Below are positions 18,813 to 28,785 of a stretch of DNA of 62,932 nucleotides, piece after piece. Source of the stretch: Candidatus Aminicenantes bacterium (GTDB lineage: Bacteria > Acidobacteriota > Aminicenantia > Aminicenantales > Saccharicenantaceae); contig JBFYOD010000165.1 in the NCBI GenBank assembly GCA_041303965.1, positions 1 through 62,932 on the forward strand. Reading direction: 5' to 3'. The notes under the pieces are model-generated. The model had not been told where the DNA came from, searched no databases, and saw nothing but the letters and a program-made list of their open reading frames with translations. The position numbers were made by a program, and so were the translations under genes. Numbering within the stretch: position 1 is the first letter of the stretch; the number at the start of each line of letters is the position of its first letter.

Positions 18813-19469
18813 ATGAAAGCCCCGCTGAAGCCCGACTCGCTCGCCTTCGCCAGGGAATTTTTCTCACGCAGGGATCCGGACGTCCTGGCCGTTCTGCGGC
18901 GGAGCTCGGTCGGCATCGCCGGCGCCGGCGGACTGGGGTCCAACGTGGCCGTCTCCCTGGCCCGGGCTGGCGTCGGGCGCCTGGTCATCGCCGACTTCGA
19001 CAAGATCGAACCGTCCAACCTCAACCGTCAGCAGTACACCATAGACCAGGCGGGGGAGAGGAAGGTCGAGGCGCTACGCGACAACCTGCTGGCCATCAAC
19101 CCCTATTCGCTCTACGAGGTCCACGACGTCCGCGTCACGCGCAGGAACGCGGCCAGGATCTTCGCCAGGGTCGACGTCCTCGTCGAGGCCTTCGACCGCG
19201 CCGAGGCCAAAGAAATGCTCATCGAGACCTGTCTGACGAAGTTCCCCGGCCGGCCCATCGTGGCCGCCTCGGGACTGGCCGGCTACGGCGGGAACCGGAA
19301 GATCCACACTCGCAGGATGGGGAATCTCTATATCTGCGGCGATGAGGAGAGCCAGTGCCCCAAGGGCGTCAGCCCGATGGCCCCCCGGGTCGCCCTGGTC
19401 GCGGCCATGCAGGCCAACCTCGTCGTGGAATTATTAATTAAAATGAGAGGTCGTCATGTTCAAAGTTAA
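18813..19469 (+). CDS. thiF: ThiF/MoeB-family sulfur-carrier adenylyltransferase
   Basis: [33 protein letters not shown]. Confidence 0.82.
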   Translation: MKAPLKPDSLAFAREFFSRRDPDVLAVLRRSSVGIAGAGGLGSNVAVSLARAGVGRLVIADFDKIEPSNLNRQQYTIDQAGERKVEALRDNLLAINPYSLYEVHDVRVTRRNAARIFARVDVLVEAFDRAEAKEMLIETCLTKFPGRPIVAASGLAGYGGNRKIHTRRMGNLYICGDEESQCPKGVSPMAPRVALVAAMQANLVVELLIKMRGRHVQS

Positions 19470-19737
19470 CGAGTATTTCGACGGAAAGGTGAAGTCGCTG
19501 GCATTCCAGGCTGCGGGCGGTCCGGCGACGGTCGGCGTCATGGCCGCGGGCGACTACGAGTTCGGCACGTCCACGCTGGAGATCATGACCGTCGTCAGCG
19601 GCAAGCTGACGGTCAAGCTGCCGGGAAGCGATGTCTGGAAGGGCTACAAAGCGGGGGAGATCTTCACGGTCGAAGCCGGGAAGAAATTCCAGCTCAAGGT
19701 CGCCGCCGACGCAGCCTACCTCTGTCTTTACAGGTGA
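19456..19737 (+). CDS. ppnP: Pyrimidine/purine nucleoside phosphorylase (YaiE family)
   Basis: [31 protein letters not shown]. Confidence 0.9.
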   Translation: MFKVNEYFDGKVKSLAFQAAGGPATVGVMAAGDYEFGTSTLEIMTVVSGKLTVKLPGSDVWKGYKAGEIFTVEAGKKFQLKVAADAAYLCLYR

Positions 19738-19835
19738 TCGGCCGGCTGGAGGAATTGCGGATCCCGGAAACTGAGATCCTCTTGTTTTAGGCCCCATCCG
19801 TCCGGCGCGTTATGGCAAGAAGAGCGCGCTGTTTC

Positions 19836-21422
19836 TCAGAGCGATCTTTGCGTCCATTCGCCGTCGACGAAGCGCCACATGGTTCCGGTCGGGTTTACGC
19901 CCCTTAGCTCGGAAGGCAGGCGATCGGGGCGGACGTTATCGTAGCACCTTAGGGCCGCGAACCTGAACATAGCCGCCGGGAATCCGACTGCGGTGAATCC
20001 CGGATGCCCGGTGGCCGGGTAGGGTCCGCCGTGGTTCATGGCCGGCGAAACGGCGACCCCGGTGGGCATCTTGTCGTTTAACAAGCGGCCGACCTTGGTG
20101 CGCAGGATGGGTTCGATCTCGTCGTACTCCCGATCGTCTCTCCCTTCGCTATGGCTGTAAACTGACCCGGTGAGGTGTCCCTCCAAACGCGAAGCGATCT
20201 CCTTCATCTCGGCCATGTCTTTGGCCAGGACGATCAACGACAAGGTGCCGAAGGATTCGACCTGGAAGGCCGCGGGCTGCCGCAGGAATCCTGTCCCCGA
20301 AAGGCTGAATAGGGTGGGCGAAAACCTGAATCCCTGTCCCGCTGGTTCACGCCCTCCGGCGATGGGTTCGGCTCCGTCCCGAGCCAAGCGGGCCGAGGCT
20401 TCCCGGAGCCCCTCGAGGACTTTCGGGCCGAGGAGGATCACCGGCTCCGCTGCATGAAAGGCGTCTTTGACTTTATCGACGAAGGTCCGGCCGGCGGGAT
20501 CGTCGAGGATGACCACCAAACCGGGTTTAGTGCACATCTGTCCGCCCGCCAACATGCAAGATAGGAAAAGCTCTCCGGCGACCTCCTCCGCCCGCTCGGA
20601 GAGGGCTCCCGGAAGAATGAAGACGGGGTTGGCGCTCGACATTTCCAGGTAGATGGGCTTTCCCGCCCGGTCTGCGGCTTCCTTGAGGGTCATCCCCGAG
20701 GGACGGCTGCCGGTGAAAGCCGTAGCTGCGACGGAAGGGTGTGAGACAAGCCGCAGGCCGTCTTCCGGGGCGAAATGGTAGAGAAGCTGGACGGTCGCGG
20801 CCGGGAGCCCCGCCGTTCCGAGGGCCTCCTGGGCCGCCTCGGCCATGATCCTTGTGGTTGACGGGTGCCCGGGGTGGGACTTGGCCAGGACCGGGTTCCC
20901 CGCGGCTAGGGCTGACGCGAAATCCCCTCCACCTATGGCGTTGTAGGCGAAGGGAAAATTGTTCGGCCCCATGATGACGACCGGACCGCCCAAGGGTCCA
21001 AGCATGGAGCGGATATTCAGTTTCGTATCGATCGTGGCCCGGCACCAAGAGCGGTCACGGCAAGCCGCCGCCGCTTGGCGCAACTGGTCGAGGAGCCGCG
21101 GCAATTCGACGGACGCGAGGCGGGGCTCGGACGGGAGGGCGGTTTCAAGATGGGCGGCGGCGACGAGTTCTTCCTTCCGTCCCTCCACAAGCTCGGAAAA
21201 TATCTCGAGGAAACGCGCGACGGGTTGGGGGCCGACGGCGGCCATTTCCAGCGCAGCCCGTGCGCCTGCCGCCAAGGCCTCGGCGATATCGGTCCATGGG
21301 GAGATCGGATATTCTCCCGGGAGGAACTCGCCTGTCGCCGGATTGACGGCCCGGAAAGTCTCCGCAGCTCCGGCGGGCCGCCAATACCCGTCGACGAGTA
21401 TTGGGAACGCTCTCGATCGCAT
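19836..21422 (-). CDS. NAD(P)+-dependent aldehyde dehydrogenase (alpha-ketoglutaric semialdehyde dehydrogenase-like)
   Basis: GPNNFPFAYN, KSHPGHP, FTGS, EMSSANP, GQMCTKPG, E-FG, HGGPYPAT. Confidence 0.88.
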   Translation of the reverse strand: MRSRAFPILVDGYWRPAGAAETFRAVNPATGEFLPGEYPISPWTDIAEALAAGARAALEMAAVGPQPVARFLEIFSELVEGRKEELVAAAHLETALPSEPRLASVELPRLLDQLRQAAAACRDRSWCRATIDTKLNIRSMLGPLGGPVVIMGPNNFPFAYNAIGGGDFASALAAGNPVLAKSHPGHPSTTRIMAEAAQEALGTAGLPAATVQLLYHFAPEDGLRLVSHPSVAATAFTGSRPSGMTLKEAADRAGKPIYLEMSSANPVFILPGALSERAEEVAGELFLSCMLAGGQMCTKPGLVVILDDPAGRTFVDKVKDAFHAAEPVILLGPKVLEGLREASARLARDGAEPIAGGREPAGQGFRFSPTLFSLSGTGFLRQPAAFQVESFGTLSLIVLAKDMAEMKEIASRLEGHLTGSVYSHSEGRDDREYDEIEPILRTKVGRLLNDKMPTGVAVSPAMNHGGPYPATGHPGFTAVGFPAAMFRFAALRCYDNVRPDRLPSELRGVNPTGTMWRFVDGEWTQRSL

Positions 21423-21482
21423 CAAAGGTCCTCCGTCAAAGGCCTGCGGCGGCGCGTCCCCGTCGAGGTTCCGGCCAGAGGT

Positions 21483-21710
21483 TCACCCACCCGAGTAGAT
21501 CGGCGAGATGACGACCCTGTCACCGTCCGCCAGGGCTTCGTCGGGCGCGGCGGCGCGGCCGTTCCGGGTGACGATCTTGGGCCGGCCCTTGTCGATGCTG
21601 ACCAGCGCGATAAGCCCGTCAGCCGTCGTCCCCTCCGGAACATCCAGCTCCTTTTCGCTGAAGCCGAAGGCCTGGACGAAAGGCCCGATGAGCTTGACCG
21701 TGACTTTCAT
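21483..21710 (-). CDS. moaD: MoaD/ThiS-family sulfur carrier protein
   Basis: 75 aa ubiquitin-like fold ending SPIYSGG, directly downstream of aor. Confidence 0.85.
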   Translation of the reverse strand: MKVTVKLIGPFVQAFGFSEKELDVPEGTTADGLIALVSIDKGRPKIVTRNGRAAAPDEALADGDRVVISPIYSGG

Positions 21711-21733
21711 GCCGCGCCCATCGCCCTTTTGGC

Positions 21734-23572
21734 TCAGGTCATCGAGCCGAATTTCTCCGCCGCCTTGGCCTCTTCCGCGAGTCCCAGCCGCTCCAGGGTG
21801 GCCTTGGTCGGGATGCCGCGCTTGTCGTAGCCGCGGATATCGTAGTAATGCTGGAGCAGGCCATCGTACTTGTCGTATTCGAGGACCATGCCGGCGATCG
21901 GCCCCTCGGTGTCGGCGTTGGCCGGGTCGAACCAGACGGCGGGCGGGTAGTCGAGCTTGCGGTCGGTCTGGGGGTATTCCCGGAGCCAGAAGAGCTTTAT
22001 CACGGAGTAGATCCGATCCGAGACCGTCCAGAAGTCGTCGAGGGTCCAGTCGAGCCCGGTGACGAGCTTGAAATATTTCGGGTAATTCTCGAGGCCCCAG
22101 CCGACTTCGATCCAGGGGAAGCGGCAGGAGACCATGTACTCGAACAGGCCGCCCCTGATCCTCTGGAGCTCGATGACTTTCTTGGCCTTTTCGGGTCCGT
22201 AGGATTCGCGCGAGGTCTGTTTGAGCTCGAAGGTGATGACCCAGGACTCCTTGTGGTGGGCGCCGATGGGGCTGACCCCGAAGGCCAGGGCCATCCCAGG
22301 GATGAACTTGCAGTTGTAAGCGGCGACCTCGAGACCCTTGACCTGCATGGCGTAGGCCTCGGAGCCGTGGCCGAACTTCCGGGCGGCCCGGAGCGAGCCC
22401 TCGGCCAGAAGGTTGCCGATCTCGCCTTCGCGCCGGGCGATCAGGCCCAGGAGCTTCTTGGCCCCGTCGGCGTCGCCGAACTTGAAATCTCCGGCCACGG
22501 CCCCGTGGTCGATGGCGTCGGCGTAGAAGCTCAGGACGCATCCGGCCGACATCGTGTCGATGCCGTATTCGTCGCAGAGATAATTGAGCGAGCCGATCTG
22601 GGGAAAGTCGAAGATCTCCAAGTTGGGGCCGAGGAGGCCGATGTTCTCGTAATCGAGCTCAGACTCGCGCCCCTCGTCGTCGTGGATGGTGATGCCGCAG
22701 CGCATGGTGCAGTTCGGACAGCCGTAGGTCGCGATCCGGGCGTTGTTCAGGCGCTCGCCGTCGACCTTCCAGGCGTCGGGGTGGTGGGTTTTGCGGAAGT
22801 TTCGCACGGGTAGGGCGGCCACTTCGTTGCACCAGGCGAGGACGCCGTTGGTGCTCTGGATGGACCAGCCGGTCTTTTTGTCGATCTCATGGACTTCCCG
22901 CAGGTCGTCGTGTCCGATCTTTTTCATGCCGGCGGGGTCAGCCTGGGGTATGGGCTTCGTGCCCTTGACGACGACGGCTTTGAGGAGCTTCGAGCCCATG
23001 ACGGCGCCCATGCCCGTCCTGCCCCCGGCCCGGCCCTCGAGGCTGCGGACGACGGCGTAGCGGACCATGTTCTCGCCGCCCTGTCCGATGTTGAGGACGC
23101 CCACGCCCTTGCCGTATTTCGCGTAGATCCAGTCGTTGGTGGCGTAGGTGCCCTGGCCCCAGACGGCGTCGGCCGGGAGAAACTCGACCTTATCGTCCTC
23201 GATATAGAGCATTGTCGGGCGCTCGGCCTTGCCCTCGACGATGAGGGCGTCGTAACCGGCCTTCCGGAGCTCCACGGCTACCCGCGTCCCCAGGTTGCCG
23301 TCGCCGTAGCCGCCGGTCATCGGGGACTTGCCGGCGACGACCGCTTTCCCGGTGTTGGGGGCGGGGATGCCGGCGATGGGGCCGAGGGCGACGATGAACT
23401 TGTTGTCGGGGCCGAGGGGGTCGATCCCCGGCTTGAGCTCGTCGTAAAGGATCTTGGCGGCAAATCCGCGTCCGCCGATCCATTTCCGGGCGAATTCCTC
23501 GGAGAACGGTTCTTTCTTAAAGGTCTTCGCGGTCAGGTTGACTCTCAGGATCTGGCCGGTCCAGCCGTTCAT
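21734..23572 (-). CDS. aor: Aldehyde:ferredoxin oxidoreductase (tungsten-containing family)
   Basis: WIGGRG, KSPMTGG, GRAGGRTGMGAVMGSK, CPNCTMRC, EYENIG, LCDEYGIDT. Confidence 0.94.
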   Translation of the reverse strand: MNGWTGQILRVNLTAKTFKKEPFSEEFARKWIGGRGFAAKILYDELKPGIDPLGPDNKFIVALGPIAGIPAPNTGKAVVAGKSPMTGGYGDGNLGTRVAVELRKAGYDALIVEGKAERPTMLYIEDDKVEFLPADAVWGQGTYATNDWIYAKYGKGVGVLNIGQGGENMVRYAVVRSLEGRAGGRTGMGAVMGSKLLKAVVVKGTKPIPQADPAGMKKIGHDDLREVHEIDKKTGWSIQSTNGVLAWCNEVAALPVRNFRKTHHPDAWKVDGERLNNARIATYGCPNCTMRCGITIHDDEGRESELDYENIGLLGPNLEIFDFPQIGSLNYLCDEYGIDTMSAGCVLSFYADAIDHGAVAGDFKFGDADGAKKLLGLIARREGEIGNLLAEGSLRAARKFGHGSEAYAMQVKGLEVAAYNCKFIPGMALAFGVSPIGAHHKESWVITFELKQTSRESYGPEKAKKVIELQRIRGGLFEYMVSCRFPWIEVGWGLENYPKYFKLVTGLDWTLDDFWTVSDRIYSVIKLFWLREYPQTDRKLDYPPAVWFDPANADTEGPIAGMVLEYDKYDGLLQHYYDIRGYDKRGIPTKATLERLGLAEEAKAAEKFGSMT

Positions 23573-23607
23573 GTTCCATCCTCCAGTTGATTAAAAGTGC
23601 ATTTACA

Positions 23608-23636
23608 ATCCTATCTGGGCCCCCTGGCTTAGTCAA
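23608..23636 (-). promoter_or_regulatory. sigma70-type promoter of aor-moaD
   Basis: TTGACT-N17-TAGGAT on the minus strand. Confidence 0.55.
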
Positions 23637-23717
23637 GACGAAAAGGGCGAAAAAGCCGGGAATTACGTATAATATACGGATGGGAGGCGCGGCCTTCCTC
23701 CGGAAAGGAGAATTTCC

Positions 23718-23918
23718 ATGACCAAGAAGCTCTATCGGTCGGCCAGCCAGAAGATGCTCGGCGGCCTCTGCGGCGGATTAGCCGAGTATTTCGACCTCGA
23801 CGTCTCGCTCGTCCGCCTTCTCTTCGTCGGCATCGGCCTGGTCACGGCGGTCCTGCCCATGACCTTCTTCTACATCATCGCCTGGATCGTCGTACCCCAG
23901 GAGGGGCCCAAACCCTAG
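23718..23918 (+). CDS. PspC domain protein
   Basis: KKLYRS...[32 protein letters not shown]. Confidence 0.88.
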   Translation: MTKKLYRSASQKMLGGLCGGLAEYFDLDVSLVRLLFVGIGLVTAVLPMTFFYIIAWIVVPQEGPKP

Positions 23919-23938
23919 GGGCGCGGCGGATTTGGTCG

Positions 23939-23967
23939 TTGACATATAGTCAGACATCGGCTATAAA
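23939..23967 (+). promoter_or_regulatory. sigma70-type promoter of the kinase-pan operon
   Basis: TTGACA-N17-TATAAA. Confidence 0.65.
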
Positions 23968-23980
23968 CTAATCGGTTTTC

Positions 23981-24661
23981 ATGATGGGTATGAAGAGCGC
24001 TCTCGAGATCCCGTTCAAGCACATCGCCATCGAGGGCGTTTTCCGTTCGAAGAAGACCCAACTGGCCAACGTGCTGGCCCAGAGGATCGGGGGCAAGGTC
24101 ATCTTCGACAACGTCGGCAACCCCTACCTCAAGGATTTCTACGGCGAGAAGGATGGATCGGCCTTCCTGACCCAGCTCGTCTTCCTGGCCAACCGCTACA
24201 ACCAGCAGATCCGCCTCCTCCAGAGGGACCTGTTCATCGACCGCATCATCTGCGATTACCTCTTCGAGAAGGACAAGATCTACGCCTATCAGACCCTTTC
24301 CGACGACGAACTCCTTGTTTACGAGAAGATCTACGGCATCCTGTCCGAGCGCGTCCCCAAACCCGACCTGGTCATCTATCTCCAGATCTCGCTTGCGTCA
24401 CTCACCCGGCGGGTGGCCAAGGAGGGCGACACCCTGGAGAAGAACATCTCCGAGAAGTACCTCGAGGACATCGTCGAGGCCTTCGACTATTTCTTTTTCA
24501 ACTACCAGGGGGCGCCGCTCCTTGTGGTCAAGGCCGACGACATCGATTTCGGCCGTGAGGAGGACGTCCTCGACCTCCTCGACCAGCTGCGGGAGATGAA
24601 GAAGAGCTCCCTCTACTACGTCCCTCAGAGCTACGGAGGGAAAGGCGCGAAGAAAGTCTGA
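23981..24661 (+). CDS. Deoxynucleoside kinase family protein
   Basis: HIAIEG, NPYLKDFY, DYLFEKDKIYA, PKPDLVIYL; typical neighbour of panB. Confidence 0.85.
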   Translation: MMGMKSALEIPFKHIAIEGVFRSKKTQLANVLAQRIGGKVIFDNVGNPYLKDFYGEKDGSAFLTQLVFLANRYNQQIRLLQRDLFIDRIICDYLFEKDKIYAYQTLSDDELLVYEKIYGILSERVPKPDLVIYLQISLASLTRRVAKEGDTLEKNISEKYLEDIVEAFDYFFFNYQGAPLLVVKADDIDFGREEDVLDLLDQLREMKKSSLYYVPQSYGGKGAKKV

Positions 24662-24779
24662 ATCAACGGATATGGCCCGGACCCCGCGAAGCGCGGGGCC
24701 GGGACCGGACGCTCCGATTGAAGAAAAAGACTTTACCTCAATCCCGCGGGGAAGGCGGGATGGGGAGAAAGGACGGACC

Positions 24780-25664
24780 ATGGAAGACCCGCGCGGTGAC
24801 AAGGTCACCGTCCCCTCGCTCTTGGTCAGGAAGGCTTCAGGGCCGAAGATCGTCTGCCTGACGGCCTATGACTTCCCGACGGCGAAGATCCTGGACGAGG
24901 GAGGCGTCGACCTCATCCTGGTCGGTGACTCCCTGGGCATGGTCGTGCTGGGCTACGCGAACACCGTGCCCGTGACCATGGACGAGATGATCCACCACAC
25001 ACGGGCCGTCAGCCGGGCGGTGAAGAGGGCTCTCATTGTCGGCGATATGCCCTACTTCTCGTTCCATCTGAGCGCCGACGAGACCGTCCGTAATGCTTCC
25101 CGCTTCCTCAAGGAGGGCGGTGCCGCGGCGGTCAAGATCGAGGGAGCCTCGAAGAAACGCCTGAAGCTCGTCGAAGCCATGGTCGAGGCCGAGATCCCGG
25201 TCATGGGCCACGTCGGCCTTACGCCCCAGTCCATCCATCACCTGGGCCGCTACCGGGTCAAGGGGACGGGGGCGGAGGAAGCCCGGCGCATCGTCACCGA
25301 CGCCGTCAACCTGGAAAAGGCCGGGGCTTTCGCCGTCGTCCTCGAATCCATGCCCGTGGAGATCGCCGAAGCTATCACCCGGAAGCTCGGGATCCCGACG
25401 ATCGGGATCGGCGCAGGCCCGGCCTGCGACGGCCAGGTCCTCGTCTTCCACGACTTGATGGGATACTCGACGGACTACCTGCCCAAGTTCGTCAGGAAAT
25501 ACGCCGACCTCCATGGGGTCATAAGCGGGGCTGTCGCGGCCTACTCCGGGGATGTCCGGGCAGGCCGTTTCCCGGACGACGCCACGTCTTACCACCTGAA
25601 GCCCGAGGTCGCCGCGGTCGCGCGGCCCAAGGGGCGGTGCTCGAAGGGGAGCGCGAAGCGATGA
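24780..25664 (+). CDS. panB: 3-methyl-2-oxobutanoate hydroxymethyltransferase
   Basis: LTAYD, LVGDSLGMV, GDMP, GHVGLTPQS, IGIGAG, DGQVLVFHD; ATG at 24780 after RBS. Confidence 0.96.
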   Translation: MEDPRGDKVTVPSLLVRKASGPKIVCLTAYDFPTAKILDEGGVDLILVGDSLGMVVLGYANTVPVTMDEMIHHTRAVSRAVKRALIVGDMPYFSFHLSADETVRNASRFLKEGGAAAVKIEGASKKRLKLVEAMVEAEIPVMGHVGLTPQSIHHLGRYRVKGTGAEEARRIVTDAVNLEKAGAFAVVLESMPVEIAEAITRKLGIPTIGIGAGPACDGQVLVFHDLMGYSTDYLPKFVRKYADLHGVISGAVAAYSGDVRAGRFPDDATSYHLKPEVAAVARPKGRCSKGSAKR

Positions 25665-26506
25665 AAGTCGTCACCGGCGTCGCCGGGATGAAAGCCCTCG
25701 CCCGGCAATGGAAGAAAGAAGGGAAGAAGGTCGGCTTCGTCCCGACGATGGGCTATCTCCATGAAGGGCACCTCAGCCTCGTCCGCGAGTCGAAGAAACG
25801 GACCGACATCACGGTCGTCAGCATCTTCGTCAATCCGGCCCAGTTCGGTCCCAACGAGGACTTCAAGAAATATCCGCGGGACCTCGAAAAGGACTCGGCC
25901 TACCTGGAGAAGGGCGGCGTCGACTGCCTCTTCTACCCCGATGCCGCGGAGATCTATCCCCCCGGTTACAGGACCTATGTCGAGGTCCGCGGCCTCCAGG
26001 ACCGGCTCTGCGGCAAATCCCGGCCCGGCCATTTCCAGGGTGTCGCGACCGTCGTCCTCAAGCTCTTCGATATCGTCGGGCCCGACCACGCTTTCTTCGG
26101 CGCGAAAGACGCCCAGCAGGTCTTGATCATCGAGAAGATGGCCGCGGACCTCGACCTGGGCGTCGAGGTCGTGACCTGTCCGCTCGTCCGTGAACCCGAC
26201 GGGCTGGCCCTGAGCTCGCGCAACGCCTATCTGTCCCCCGAAGAAAGAAAGGCCGCCCTCGTCCTGTCGATAAGCCTGCGCTGGGCCGAGCGGGCGATAT
26301 CGGCAGGGGAGAGGGACTCGGCCAAGGTGATCGCCGGCATCCGGGCCGTGATCGAAGCCGAACCGCTGGCCCGGGTCGATTACGTCGAGGCCGTCGACCC
26401 GGTCGACCTCGACCCGGTCGCCGAGATCCGCGGCGACGTCCTCATCGCCCTGGCCGTCTTTTTCGGCTCGACCCGCCTTATCGACAACATCCGCCTTCAC
26501 GTCTGA
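25661..26506 (+). CDS. panC: Pantoate-beta-alanine ligase
   Basis: VPTMGYLHEGH, SIFVNPAQF, RPGHFQGV, GLALSSRN, RLIDN. Confidence 0.97.
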   Translation: MKVVTGVAGMKALARQWKKEGKKVGFVPTMGYLHEGHLSLVRESKKRTDITVVSIFVNPAQFGPNEDFKKYPRDLEKDSAYLEKGGVDCLFYPDAAEIYPPGYRTYVEVRGLQDRLCGKSRPGHFQGVATVVLKLFDIVGPDHAFFGAKDAQQVLIIEKMAADLDLGVEVVTCPLVREPDGLALSSRNAYLSPEERKAALVLSISLRWAERAISAGERDSAKVIAGIRAVIEAEPLARVDYVEAVDPVDLDPVAEIRGDVLIALAVFFGSTRLIDNIRLHV

Positions 26507-26517
26507 GGAGAACCGCC

Positions 26518-26874
26518 ATGCTCAGAGCCTTCCTTCGTTCGAAGATCCACCGGGCCACCGTGACCCACGTCGACATCGAATACGAGGGCAGCCTATCCCT
26601 GGACGAAGATCTGATGACGGCCGCTGGGCTTTGGCCCTTTGAGAGGATCGACGTCTGGAACGTCTCGAACGGCGAGCGCTTTTCGACCTACATTATCCGC
26701 GGCGAGAAAGGCTCCCGTCAGGTCGGGGTCTACGGCGCCGCCGGCCGAAAGGTCAAGGTCGGCGATATCATCATCATCGCCGCGTACGCCTATCTCGAGG
26801 ACGGCGAGGTCGAGTTCTTCACGCCGAAGCTCGTGCTGATGGGCGAGGAGAACCGGATCGCCGGGATCAAGTGA
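26518..26874 (+). CDS. panD: Aspartate 1-decarboxylase
   Basis: KIHRATVT, YEGSLSLD, NGERFSTY. Confidence 0.96.
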   Translation: MLRAFLRSKIHRATVTHVDIEYEGSLSLDEDLMTAAGLWPFERIDVWNVSNGERFSTYIIRGEKGSRQVGVYGAAGRKVKVGDIIIIAAYAYLEDGEVEFFTPKLVLMGEENRIAGIK

Positions 26875-26968
26875 ACCGCAGGTGGTCGGGCCCGGAACTC
26901 CTTGACACACGGAGCGCTCCCCAGTAAGATTCCATCAAGTTCGTGAAGACCAAACACGGGGATCGCGA

Positions 26969-28339
26969 TTGAGCCTCATCCCAAGTGCGATCGCGTTCGT
27001 CGGAAACATCGGGGCCGATCCGTCCGACTCCGAGCAAGTCCGGCTGCTCAAGCGGATCTGGACGATCACCTTGGCCTTGGCCGTGCCGCTCACCGCGGGA
27101 ATGGCTTTGACCTACCAGCTGATGGGCCAATGGCCGCCCGCCGTGTTCTGGCTCATCCACGCTGTCTTCTGGACCGGCTCCCTGTTCCTGTTCGCCGTCG
27201 TCCGGAATAATATCGAGAACTTCGCTCTCAGCAGCCAGACCTTCCTCGTCCTCAGTTCCTTCGTCATAACCGGTCTCCTTGGCGGTTTTTTCCGGTCGGA
27301 CGGAGCTATCTTCATGGGGCTGATCGGCGTTCTCTACGCCATGGTCTTTCCCAGCCGGAGGCGGGCCTTCTTCCTGTTCCTTCTCTATCTCTCCCTGTTT
27401 TCCGTTTCCCTGATCCTTGAGCTGACGGTCTTTCGGTCCGACGCGGTTCAGCCCCGTGTCTCCACTCTTTTTTTCTGGATCACCTTCGCATTGGTCGCCG
27501 CCTTTACGGTCCTTACGATCTATTATTTCGTCGGCCAGCGAGACCGGAATTTCCGGCTCCTCCAGGCCGAAAAGGAGCGGTCGGAAGGCCTCCTTCAACG
27601 GATCGCGAACGACCTCGACCTGGCGGCCAAGATCCAACGGGATTTCCTTCCCCGCCAGGACCCTCGGGTCGAGCATTTTGATATCAGCGGATTGAACGTC
27701 TCCTGCTACGAAGTCGGCGGAGATTATTACGACTTCGTGCCGGTCGATCCTTATCGCCTCGGCATCGCCGTGGGCGATGTCTCCGGCAAGGGCATCGGTG
27801 CCGCTCTCCTGATGGCGTCCCTGCGGGCGGCCTTCCGGGCCGAGGTTCATCCCGGTTACCGGATCGAGGACATGGCCTTCAAGATCAACGATTTCGTCTA
27901 TCACAGCTCGGCCAAATCGAGCTTCATCACGTTTTTCTATGCCGAGATCGACCGGAACCGCGAGGAAGTACTGTATGTCAACGCCGGCCACAATCCTCCG
28001 CTGCTGCTGAGGACCGATGGATCCCTGGAGAAACTCGAGAGCACGGGCTTCTGCTTAGGGATGTTCCCGAGCGCGGTTTTTGAGACGAAATCGGTCCGCA
28101 TGAAGGTAGGAGACATCGCCCTCCTCTACTCGGACGGCATCCCGGATAGTCGGAATGCCGACGACGCGGAATACTCCATGGACCGGCTGATTTCTCTCCT
28201 GCGCCGTCTGTCGCATCTCACCGGGGCCGAGATCGTGGCCGCCATCGCCGAAGACGCCAAGAACTTCGTCGGCGACGCACGGCAGTTTGATGATCAGACG
28301 CTCGTCGTCGTCAAAAGGACGGCGGCAGGAGCCATTTAA
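26969..28339 (+). CDS. Membrane-bound PP2C/SpoIIE-family protein phosphatase
   Basis: About 6 N-terminal TM helices; AAKIQ, VGGDYYD, GDVSGKG, NAGHNPP, YSDG, DDQT; TTG start. Confidence 0.9.
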   Translation: MSLIPSAIAFVGNIGADPSDSEQVRLLKRIWTITLALAVPLTAGMALTYQLMGQWPPAVFWLIHAVFWTGSLFLFAVVRNNIENFALSSQTFLVLSSFVITGLLGGFFRSDGAIFMGLIGVLYAMVFPSRRRAFFLFLLYLSLFSVSLILELTVFRSDAVQPRVSTLFFWITFALVAAFTVLTIYYFVGQRDRNFRLLQAEKERSEGLLQRIANDLDLAAKIQRDFLPRQDPRVEHFDISGLNVSCYEVGGDYYDFVPVDPYRLGIAVGDVSGKGIGAALLMASLRAAFRAEVHPGYRIEDMAFKINDFVYHSSAKSSFITFFYAEIDRNREEVLYVNAGHNPPLLLRTDGSLEKLESTGFCLGMFPSAVFETKSVRMKVGDIALLYSDGIPDSRNADDAEYSMDRLISLLRRLSHLTGAEIVAAIAEDAKNFVGDARQFDDQTLVVVKRTAAGAI

Positions 28340-28351
28340 GGTCCTCCTTCG

Positions 28352-28771
28352 CTATTTCCCGGCGGCCGTCTGCAGGAAGTAGTAACCCGCCGTGATCAGG
28401 AAGATGACCAGGGTCAGCGAGAAGAGCGCCATGCCAAGCGCGGGCGCGTTCTTTATAAGCTGACGGTGCGTCCTGACCGTGAGGAACTTGAGGGCAAGGA
28501 CGGCCAAGAGGGCCATGGCCAGGACGAAATGGAATGTCCCTCTCACCGAGAGGCCATCGCCCATTTCGATGAGAAAGTCGGCTCCCATGAATGCCAGGGG
28601 CGCCAGGAGCGCAATGTAAACATACGCTGACGCCTTATGGATTTTCCGGAGCCTTGCGGCCCGGCCCTCGTCGCCCGGTCTGCCGTATCGGGCCATCATG
28701 CTCAGGAAGGCCGTGAGTCCTGCGCCGAGAAGTAAGACGCTGAGGAGCGCTTTGATCAGATAGTTGGACAC
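28352..28771 (-). CDS. Four-helix membrane protein with two His (cytochrome b/DUF6529-like)
   Basis: GTG start after AGGGAG; four hydrophobic segments; IHK and FHF. Confidence 0.65.
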   Translation of the reverse strand: MSNYLIKALLSVLLLGAGLTAFLSMMARYGRPGDEGRAARLRKIHKASAYVYIALLAPLAFMGADFLIEMGDGLSVRGTFHFVLAMALLAVLALKFLTVRTHRQLIKNAPALGMALFSLTLVIFLITAGYYFLQTAAGK

Positions 28772-28785
28772 GGCCGCTCCCTTCC

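Noticed and set aside
23666-23712. CGTATA-A-TATACG palindrome as a ModE box and CCTTCC..GGAAAGGAG as a second Moco RNA
   Set aside because: Spacing is too short for ModE, and the rest of the riboswitch core is absent; explained by a -10 box and an RBS.
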